From Ruditapes philippinarum (taxonomy: Eukaryota): DNA of 64,000 nt. Positions 53,542 to 64,000 of the stretch are shown piece after piece. Made by a program: the position numbers and the translations under genes. Position 1 is the stretch's first letter, and each line of letters begins with the position of its first letter. Under the pieces are notes generated by a model. It made no database searches and had not been told where the DNA came from. It saw only the letters and a list, made by a program, of their open reading frames with translations. The stretch covers positions 124,001-188,000 of the forward strand of contig NW_026860185.1 of the NCBI RefSeq assembly GCF_026571515.1. The letters run 5' to 3'.

Positions 53542-54455
53542 TGTAACACCGCACTTTGGGGTCAAAGTTCAAACGCACAATGGGGTCCGACCCAGAAGTG
53601 CGTTAAACTTCGCACCACACTTTGGGGTCAAACGCACGTCGGGGTTAAAATCGAGAAACTGACCCCCATAGTGCGTTTATATGCTACATATCAACGCACT
53701 TAGGGTTCCAGAGGTCTAAAGGTGTAATCTGAGTTCTGCTTAAATACTGAGTACTGACTTATTTTCGATCTGCGAAATTGAAATATTTGAGGTGGAGTTC
53801 AAGATGGCGGTCGATACTTTGTTTGATGCTTAAGTGATAAAAGTTTCATTAATTTTACCACTTGAACTATCTAAAAATTGTGTTCATATTTTTTTATTTT
53901 TGAGTTTTGCATTAATATTTTATTTTTGTTTTTCGCGCAAGTCTGGTTTTGGCCGACCTTTTTCGGCCCATTTTTTAAATCATATGTATTTTATATAATC
54001 ATGTTTTTTATTATTATATACTATAATAGTAGTGTCTATTGGAAAGGGCTGTTGATTGATGATCAGTTATTATTCCATGAATATGCTGCCACCACTCAAC
54101 CCCACCCCCTGATAATAGCAGGGTGGGGGGGGGGGGCATTGTCTTTAAACCAAGCCGACCACTGGTAAAATCTTCACCCTGCGGGGGATATTCAGATAAT
54201 AGAATTCCTGCCTTATGCCCCGGAACAGTGCGATATCAAAACACGATTCTTTTTTAATTCGCACTCCCTCTGGGGCATATATATATTTCTCTAAATCAGT
54301 GGAATATAAGGACCTATTTAGATCTTTTATTGTGCATTACTGTAATACACCAGTCATTTGTAACCACCTCCCTTGCCCCAGAGGGAGTGCGAATTAAAAA
54401 AGAATCGTGTTTTGATATCGCACTGTTCCGGGGCATAAGGCAGGAATGCTTTTCA

Positions 54456-54515
<60 letters not shown>

Positions 54516-56225
54516 TATACTGAAAAGTGTTGTTATCTTTTTGATACCTCCAAAAATGAAAATGTTGGTACTTGCAAATGACGTTTGCAAATGGGGTACT
54601 GTAATTTACAGATGGCGAAGTGTTTGAAAATGATGTTTTACAAATGGCGTAATTATCCAAACCTCTACTTTGCAAATGGCGTCATGTAAAAAATATGTAC
54701 GAAAAAAAGTAAAAAACAAAACAAAAATAAAATATGTACAAAAATCTCAAATATATTATCTATGCAAAACTATAATAAACTAAAAAAGAATATATATGCA
54801 AAACTAAAAAAAAAGTATGTATTCAAAACTAAAAAAAATATGTACGACCACGGATTTATATCATAAATCCATGGTACGACAAACAAAAAAAACCACAAAA
54901 AACATGTACGAAAAAAAAAAAGTTGCAAAAACACAAAAAAAGTTGCAAATGTCACTTTTATGCCACCGTTCAAAATACTCTAGTACAGAAATTGTGTATT
55001 CCTAAAGTTAAAAGATGCTGCAAAAAATATCCCGTTCTGTCAGTCATTAACTTGATGCCATGATGAGCCCCATTTTAAATATGTTGGGAATGAAATAAAA
55101 TGCAGTTAATTTTTTTCCAAAGAACTATAAATGTACTCTATTGCAATGTTCTGGTGAAACATCAAGTTTTTCGATCGGACAATAAATAGTGATTTTTACA
55201 AATACATTATTTAAGTTTTTTTTGTAAGCTCCGTAACAACCGTTCGCCAGAGGCTTTTTTAAATGGGGAATCTTACATACTTCTTTAGAAAGAGCAAACA
55301 TGAATCTTATAATGTTAAAATAACGGTATCAGAGAAATGTAAGATGCTTGTTACCTGAATAGAGTAACGATAAATGTTAAATTATTTTTCATAAAAGTAG
55401 TCAAAACAATGTAGTATTTCGAAATAAAATACTTATTCGCCATAATTGTACTTTTTGTCAAAAAGCAACAGATGAAAAGGATGGTTGAGGTAAATGACCA
55501 ATGTGTATTTTTTTGATAATATAAGAGAACATCAAAATAAAAAAGCTTTAAAGAAAAACAAAAAAAAGCATAATGGGCCTTTAAAATGTTATTTTTAACC
55601 CTCGGGGGGGGGGGGGTCGATACCCCAAACTCCCCTCTATACCTCCAGTGAAAATTTTACATTATTCTGAAGCTCCGCTCTTAATGTGCTACTACTTAAA
55701 TAGTTGATATTTTAGTACTGCCTGTACGGACTACTACTTAAAGCCGCATGTACACCTAGTCAAGTTTCTTATGAAATTGAGGACGAGTTCCATTTTGTGT
55801 TTAAGTGTCCTGCATATGAAAGTTTAAGAAATATATATATTAAGAATTATTATAGAAATAGACCAAGTATGTTTAAGTTTACTCAATTATTAAAAAGTGA
55901 TAAAAATAAAGAAACACTTATGCTTTGTAAATATATTAATGAAGCTTTCAAATTAAGATATCAGATTATTAATGCTTAGATATGTATTTCAACCTACTTT
56001 TATGTATACCTAGCAGATCCAACTAATGAAAAGTTTTATTGTGTATACTATTGTGTATGTAATATCCATTATGCTTTAATATTTGTGTCATCTCTATTTT
56101 GTTTTGTCCATCCAATATAATTATTATGTTTACTTTCATGTCATTGTATTTTTCATGTCATTATATATGTATGCTTGTATATATGTTAATCACGAGAAAC
56201 TTGTAGTTTAAGTGAAATAAACGTT

Positions 56226-56256
<31 letters not shown>

Positions 56257-56804
56257 TGTGTCACATTTAGCTTAATAAATGGCTATTTTAACATATTATC
56301 AGGCATTTTTTTTACTGAAATGTCTTACTAAGAATACACAGAATTAATACCTTTGTCTATGCTAAGACTATCATATTTCTGTAAAAAGTGTAAATAACAA
56401 ACGGGAAAATGATGCATTTAGCTAAAAACAATGAAGTTAATGAAAGGTGTACATTCTTTTAAAATAAATTGAAAATTTGAGAAAAACATATTTTAAGCGT
56501 AATAATTGATAGACATTCTTTATTTGGTGATTTATCTAGTGAAAGTTCTTCACTTACTAATCAAGACCATTTAAATCCCTATTGATTCAGGCACATGTTT
56601 TGTGTCTATTTAATACCTTGTTTTTTTGTTTACCATTGGTTTTGACTACACTATATCATTTAAAACATAATGAACATAAATTTTCTGTGACCCCAAAGTG
56701 CGATCGTTTGCCTGATGTTAAAAAATGCATATGTACCTCTTTAACGCACTTTGGGGTCGAAATTGGACCCCAAAGTGCGTTTGACCCCAAAGTTCGGTGT
56801 TACA
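53542..56804. mobile_element. Unclassified TIR element with TGT..ACA termini, a 6-bp TSD (AGGCTG) and nested insertions
   Basis: AGGCTG|TGTAACACCGCACTTTGGGGTCAAA ... TTTGACCCCAAAGTTCGGTGTTACA|AGGCTG, with multiple subterminal CTTTGGGGTC motifs at both ends. Confidence 0.85.
55760..56255 (+). mobile_element. LINE 3' end nested in the TIR element
   Basis: IEDEFHFVFKCPAYESLRNIYI..RPSMFKFTQLL C-terminal motif, a 3' UTR, then AATAAA and a (CTT)n tail. Confidence 0.75.
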
Positions 56805-57335
56805 AGGCTGAGCGTTTTAATTAAGATTGTAAATTTTGAGAAAAAAATGTATATTAAACTTCTATAAATAAATATAATATGTTAATAAATATAATATAAA
56901 AAATTATAAAAAAGACCAGAAATGTGTAACAATAAAGTGATTTATATTATGTATATAAAAAATATTGTTATTTAAAAAGGAGAGGTATTGAACGCCTGTA
57001 TCACTGTAAACCATAGAATATTTGGAAATTGTTTATTAAGGAGAAAATACAGATTTATTTAACGTAATGATGTACTGTTCATGCAACTAGATGATCAAGA
57101 AAAATAATTTTTTTTGCGGGTTTTGCCAGGATTCATGGATGGAAGGAATTGTAAGACAAATGACCGTACTTGCAACAAATTCATTTATTATTTAGGTACG
57201 GTTTTTAACCATGCTGGTTATATACTTTGAAAGAAACGTATTTAATAGAGAGAAGACTAAAGGCATTAAATGTCTTATGGATAATCCATGAGTTTTTGCG
57301 ATACTGTTAAAGTCATTTTCGCCTGGTGTCAAGCA

Positions 57336-57479
57336 GAAAGAAAAAAAGAAAGAAGAAAGAAAGAAAGAAAGAAAGAAGAAAGAAAGAAAGGAAAGAAGGA
57401 AGGAAGGAACCATTTTCGCCTGATGTAAAACAAAAAAGAAGGAACAAAGGAAGGAACGAAGGAATGAACAAAGAAACGG

Positions 57480-57520
<41 letters not shown>
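57336..57520. repeat. (GAAA)n/(GAAG)n microsatellite
   Basis: Directly visible purine-rich tract. Confidence 0.95.
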
Positions 57521-57522
<2 letters not shown>

Positions 57523-57989
57523 CGTTTTGTCAAGTTCAAACTCGTGACAAGTGTTCGCTGACACGCACCAAGCTAACAATCCATGTTCGATTCAGTATGG
57601 CTGGTCGATTGTTGTTCATATGAAATGAAACGTCACTAAACAAACAGTAGTTTTAATACTATAAATAAAGCAAGTGTTGCATGACTGAATAATTCTCATA
57701 AAATCAATAAGCAAAGAAAAGCCTTTAACTTTCTATTTACCTATTCAACAAATAATTTTCACAAATGTATTTTATTCTTGTTCAAGCCCTTATATAGTAG
57801 TATATATATTTTATCAGCTAGGTTAAACAGGTCAAAGTTTAAATATCATAACGCTGAACGATAGTTGCTGTATATCCCTGATACATACATGTATCTACAA
57901 CAAGTAGATATTTGCAACACACTGTAAAGAAAAATAAACGTTTGCACGGTTGGGTAATAATTGGATTTTACAGTGTTCTTTAATTAACA

Positions 57990-60900
57990 ATGCGTCATTT
58001 ATTCCGGTGCTTTGTTAAAAAAGATGTTTGTAATTGTTTAAGAAGATGTTATGGGAGCCTTTCTGTGCGGATTTCAACGCAGACCGACCAGGAAAGAAGA
58101 AATGAAAAGAACTTACATGATCTAAAACCGAAAAATGTGTCAAGTAAAAAGCGAAGTTTTTCGTCTGCTCCGACGGAGGAAACGATATTTAAAAGTCCGA
58201 GACCGGCGGAGAAGTTGCCAGTTGTGTCTTTAAGCGACTACATGTTTTCTCGTTTTAACAAATTCGGCAGCAAAAATGCGCTGGTAAGTTCATTAATTAA
58301 TATGTAATGCCACTTCATAATTATGTAAACATACAACGTGCAAATTTAGACTCTGCTTAAGAAGAATATGTTATTTTAACGTTCACAAGACGATCGCAAA
58401 CATGCATTTTTATTTTGCAAACACAAAACATGTATTTTTTTCTAAATTTACTTTCTTTTTTAAATATAATTGTAAGTGGTGTACTTCAAGTTTACACAGA
58501 ACGCTTGTAACACTTAATGAGAGAGCGACAGCGATTATGTGCATAATGTATTGTATAATAAAATATCACAATAAAATTACTACTGCAGGTGTATTTATAA
58601 AACTTTAGATATTCTATTGCATTGGTATCATGTTTCTTCGGTCTGACAGCAGGCTATTGACATGAAAACCGGTTAAAATTGTTTTAAGCTAGTTGACCGA
58701 CTTTATGAAGCCCTATACATTTTTTTTTCACCAGATTTCAGATGTTATCATAGTTCACATAAGGTCTGTTATCATGCACTGATAAACTTTGTACGTAATG
58801 TAGGCAAAGGGAGTGATTGGAGAGATTAATAGCGATTTGTTTGCCTGGCAAAAATCAATTGATTTTATTTTAAACCATGCAAAGAAGCGCAAAAAGTAAT
58901 TAATTATTGATTGTTTCCTTACATTTGTATAAACTATCTTCGTCGTTCCATTGTCATCAACATCATCATCGCCATCATTATCACTATGACCACCACTTTC
59001 ATCTTAATCATCATCACTATCATGATAACCATCATCATTATGTAATAAATTTCAAAATAATGTAGGAGCCATAGAAAGTTTAATTGATTGCAAATAATAA
59101 CAAAATGCAAAAGTAAAGTTTAATTTATTCTATCAAAATATCTTTTTCTTATAAATGTACAATCGATACAAATAATAATTAACTTAATGCCAATACAAAT
59201 GTATACAGAATGTACACCAAAGAGCACAAAACCTAATTGGTAGAGAAAAGGCTTTTCAGTTAACCTTATTGAAAGTCGGTTGTTATATCGGTTTAACAAA
59301 GTTTTAAGTGTGACCAAAATATTAACTTTCGATACCAAATCGATATTGCTTACATATTGTCCCGACACATTTGCTATACTGCTAGATAGAAACAGTTTGT
59401 GTCTTTAAACGCCCATTATGCCCCAGAAACGCCTTTATTTTTATCTCGCAAGAGTTCTTTAGTTTTGATGCCATGCTGTAGTTTCTAACTGACCTATGAC
59501 TTGAACTGTCATTTGTTTCTTGTGCGTTTTTGCAATAAGTACAGTTATTGTGATTTAGTATTTTGCATGGCAGTCAAAATACTAATTTGTTTACATTTTG
59601 CTACTTTATTGACATATATTTTGACATTAAGTGCTAATTTCTTCAAGTAATAAGCATTTAACGAGCAATTAAAAAGTTTATATAAACATTATAAAAACCC
59701 ATTTTTGTCCTTTCTGAAGAAGGGGAAAATCGTTTTTTTTACGCATAATGTGCCTTTAATTTATAGGTCGATGATGCAACTGGTACAACATACACATATT
59801 CACAACTAGAAGAGCTCTCTAGAAACGTCGGAAGCTTCTTGTACAGATCCGGATTGAGGAAGAATGATGTTATATGTTACTATGGCACCAACAATCCAGA
59901 GTTTGCTTTACTGTTGCTAGGGTGTTCGTCCGTTGGAGTTATCTTGACGACGGCAAATCCAGCATACACTTCAGGTCATTTGTAATGAATAATTCTTAAC
60001 CTTACTTTACGTCGGCAAGCTTTCCATTTATATGCATTATATGAATATTTCTTTTAAAAATTCTATGCCAATATTTAGTACCGACTGCGAGATGATTGAC
60101 TATTTGAACAGATACTATTTGCATGCTATAACTTTTATTTGTTGAAGACATGTCAGACTAACAAATGATCTATCTCTTTTAGCGGAACAGGTTAATAAAA
60201 AGATAGATATTTTAAATAATAATAATTTATATCTATAGGTGAATTAGAGAGACATATGGAGCATTCAGGAGCAAAAATGTTGGTCACAGTCCCGCCACTG
60301 ATACCCAAAGTACAGGAAGCGGAAATAAAAGTGTGTATATACTTGTAGTTGCTATAATTTCAAAAGTTGGTATGTACTAACAAATTCTATGTGAACATAG
60401 ATTTCGCGCGTTGCTCTAGTTTATAATCTTTTATTACAATATATATATACACAAGTACACATTCTTAGTTGATAAGATAAGTTTTTGGTAATCATAAACC
60501 AGTACACGTTCACAAATTTAATCATGTGATCGTTCACATGATCTGTCAATATAATAGTTATAAATCTACATTATAAATCACTTTTTGAAAATAACATCTA
60601 AATCAATAAAAGTCCTTGTGTCGAAAATCATTTTGAACATCGTATATACTACATGAATTTTTAGATAACTTTGTGCAATATAAACAGAAAATATGCCATT
60701 AGTGAATATTTCTGGTTTGTAATGATAAGAGATAAATATTCAAGGCCAAATTTTATGTCTGGTCAAATAGTTTTGATATAGTTTTGATATCTATTTCAAG
60801 TTTTAATCTTACGACGTCTGTCTGTCTGTGCAGTCATTTTTTTGTATAATGTCCTTCTTGTAGGCCAATGAATTTAAATACATAATAAATTATGATATAA

Positions 60901-63804
60901 CAAAAATATTTGAGCAAGCGTGTTATACTATAAAAGTAACACATGTCTCTCAGGCTAATAGTGCATGTTAGCACCAAGAAAACTGAAATAACCCGTACCC
61001 TGAGGTTTTTTTTTTTATTATTTTAATGTATTTTTCGCCGGTATGCATTGTGCGCATATTCCCCGACCTGTCCTTTTCTAATTATCAGATAAGAATTTCA
61101 CAACAACATTTTGTCAACAAAAGGAGCACATGTTATTCTATTGAGGCCGAAATTACTCCCGATTGTGACCAGGGGAAAGAACCAGAACTATCATAGAATA
61201 CTTGCCCCTTGGGACTTATTAACCGGGTGATATTACTTTCAAGGATAAGACCATGTTGTCACATTAGCACACCTGGTAAATGATAGAGCTACCTCTTTCG
61301 GAGGTAAACGGTAGATCGCTCTATCGCTACTTCCGAGCTAGTGCATGTTGCTAATATCAAAAGTAAGTGTCAAGTGTTTTCATTTTTTAAATATTTTGTA
61401 AACTCTACACCAAATATCAAAATTCGGAGAATGCTATGCGATGTAGATTAGAAAACATAAAGTTTTTATACTTTTGTTTGAAATGTTGTTGTAGCGGCAT
61501 TTTCTTGTCAGCGAATTCAGCGTTGAAATGGACCGTTTCATCATGAAACAGATTATTTTTCCACCCATTTTCATGTAAACAGTGATTCAGATTAAAAACA
61601 AATATGTTTCAAATAGATATAAGGTCTAGAAATAAAATAAAATTGAAATCAGATCAAAACATTAGTTAATAAAGAAAATATAGGATATGTGTTGCTACAT
61701 CGCATAGCATAGAGTTTACAAAATATAACGTTATAAAAAATGAAAACACTTGACACTTAATTTTAGTGACATGCACTAGCTCGGAAGTAGCGATAGAGCA
61801 ATTTACCGTATACCTCCGAAAGAGGTAGCTCTATCATTTACCAGGCGTGATTAGGTTATATAGTGAGGTGTAATGAACAGTAACATAATTTTAAAACTAC
61901 ATTTAAGTCAAGGTGAAAATGAATAATACACATGTAAATGTTTACAATGTGTTACAAAAGCTTTAAATGAATGACTAGAAAACAGTCACCCAATCGTACT
62001 TTATTTCATCTATACTATCATTTAACAAGCTAGGATATGCAAATTTTTATACCTTATACAGTAAACGGACCTTGCACTTGCAAACTGCTGATTGCATATT
62101 ATGTAAAATATATTATGCAATATATCATCCAGTACAAGATAAAATACAAGGATGTGAGTTTACTCTTCAGGAAATCGGCCTGGATATATACAGAATATAG
62201 CTCAATAGATATAGTTCTTTGTATATGTACATATCCACATGTATTATACATATAAATGTCTATATACTTTTAGTTCAGAAGACTTATATATAAATATAGG
62301 AACGTAATAATCTAGTATTTTATTAATCATTCACCCAAAACTGATCTACCCTTTTTTTGCATTACACTCTTATCAATTATCTAACGAATGGAATTTCAAC
62401 ATAAAGATGTATTTCTTAAAGGCGTTTCTCAAAGATATGATTTCAATGAACCTTTGAATTCTTTTGCTTCAATTTTGATATTTTAAAAACAAAATGCAGG
62501 TATTATACATAATTATATAATTATGTATACAGTAAAGGTAAACTTTTATTGTTCTTTATAGCTATACAAGTTAATTCAACGAGAAACGCTTTTTTTTTCT
62601 TCAGAATGTGATTGTTATAGGTGGTGCTGATGGTTGCCGCCCTTTTTCCGACTTGCTAGCAGACGACGGCAAGTGCTTTCCTTCTGACGTCACAATCGAC
62701 CCTCATGAAGATATTGTCATATTACCATACAGTAGTGGTACCACAGGTTTACCAAAAGGTGTTATGTTAAGCCACTTCAATGTTGTGGCAAATCTAAGAC
62801 AGTTTAAGTAAGTTTTTTTTGTATACTTATACCAACGTCTAAATCACCATGCAATATCTTTTTTTTTCCAGAAAATGTTGATAAAGCAAACTTAATAACA
62901 TTCAGTCACCAAAGCTTGTGGTTTAAACATAATTATATTAAATACATAGGTAAGCCAGCACAATAGTAATGCAAGCAAACAACTTTTATGGGATATTTTA
63001 AAAATTATCGTTTGATGTTTATTAATAGTAACACCCGTAGCAACAACTATACTAACTTTGCGAACGGAATCGTTTCGTTTTATTTTCTCAGGCATTCTAC
63101 AGTAACAACTACAGAAGATAACAATTTTGCTGTTTTGCCTTTTTATCATATTTATGGCATGGCCCCGATCCTCTTTGGTACTTTGCAAGATGGGGGCACA
63201 CTTGTAACAACACCCGGCTTTGATCCTGAAGGGTTCTTAAAAGCAATCGTCAAACATAAGGTAATTTGTTGAAGTGGAAATACCACAACCGTTACATTTG
63301 TCCTTACCAAGCTTTATAATTTCTAAACACCTTTCACAATTACAAAACATGTGCCGTGGATTTTAAGGCCACTGTAGTCTTCTTTGATTCTAGTGCCATA
63401 CGCCTTTCATAGTTCACTTTTGCAGCCAAATAGTAAACACAGTATGCACAAAAACACTCTAAATAATTTTGATAATTAAAGCAATGTTTGTTTCAAAGAT
63501 TATTTACAAGAAACAATCATAAGATAAACATTGAAAAGTGTACAAGTGAGTTACGGAATGCCTGTAATTAATTATGATTGAAATCTTTTTGTCATATTTA
63601 ACTTTCGTTGATTATAATCATATATATTTTAATAGATCAGTCAGTTACATATTGTTCCACCGATCGTGTTGTTTATGGCACGCCATCCAGTCGTGGACAA
63701 GTTCGATCTTTCTCATGTACGCAACGTTATCTGTGCAGCAGCCCCGCTTGGAGAAGCACTGACAAATGAATTCAATGACAAGAGACAGAAGAAAATCAGA
63801 CAAG
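57990..63804 (+). CDS. 4-coumarate-CoA ligase / luciferase-family acyl-CoA synthetase, copy 2 (first 6 exons; continues past the window)
   Basis: Exons 57990-58283, 59767-59974, 60239-60330, 62605-62807, 63092-63260 and 63636-63804. Exons 2-6 have the same lengths and phases as copy 1. Motifs [20 protein letters not shown] and AAAPLG. Confidence 0.92.
59409..59755. mobile_element. TTAA-flanked MITE (Kolobok-like)
   Basis: TTAA|ACGCCCATTATGC ... GCATAATGTGCCT|TTAA. Related ends occur near 46841-47180 and 55570-55584. Confidence 0.6.
61268..61849. mobile_element. Transib-like MITE (CAC..GTG termini, 5-bp TSD ATTAG, long TIRs)
   Basis: ATTAG|CACACCTGGTAAATGATAGAGCTACCTCTTTCGGAGG ... CCTCCGAAAGAGGTAGCTCTATCATTTACCAGGCGTG|ATTAG; inverted similarity extends, with gaps, well over 100 bp inward. 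Confidence 0.75.
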
Positions 63805-64000
63805 GTATCTAGACTGTGAATTATGATGAAAAATATATTATTTTTCTTGTCTTATTTATTTCGAAATTGAAAAGGAACGATGGGGCGGAACATATGTCCT
63901 TTGTTGATGTCAGGAAGCGAATTGTTAAAAGTTTGCTTAAAAAATCAGTCAAACTGCCATCGAAATCGGACTGAAATTTGATAAATAAGTTTTAATAGTC

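Noticed and set aside
43676-63804. Bioluminescence system (firefly-type luciferase genes)
   Set aside because: The family motifs are shared by many non-luminous acyl-CoA ligases. The pocket motif is LPFYHIYG rather than the luciferase VPFHHGFG, and nothing in the sequence indicates light production.

Overview
AT-rich, intron-rich animal genomic DNA with GT-AG introns, no operons and a 165-N scaffold gap at 33505-33669. The SINE/HINE repertoire suggests a bivalve mollusc (inference). The ORF track is mostly noise, so I assembled the genes by hand from splice sites and exon phases. Left of the gap, minus strand: three tandem paralogs (B 18876-32852, about 581 aa; A 4055-15358, about 673 aa; C running off the left edge) of a secreted ADAM/ADAMTS-like (M12B reprolysin) protein. 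Both complete copies have intact reading frames, yet all three zinc-ligand His and the catalytic Glu are replaced (QGIALTLSVPFD / QAIARTFGVNFD for HExxHxxGxxHD). Each ends in an unfamiliar C-terminal module with a highly divergent Cys-rich insert on its own exon. This pseudoprotease family is the best candidate for an undescribed system. Right of the gap, plus strand: an MCFD2-like EF-hand gene with a Gln-rich C-terminal tail, then two tandem 4-coumarate-CoA-ligase/firefly-luciferase-family acyl-CoA ligases with presequence-like N-termini; the complete copy has no PTS1. Introns and intergenic DNA hold many mobile elements: mariner and Tc1 relics, HINE-type elements, MITEs (one Transib-like), a TGT..ACA element with a 6-bp TSD, LINE fragments and tRNA-derived SINEs.
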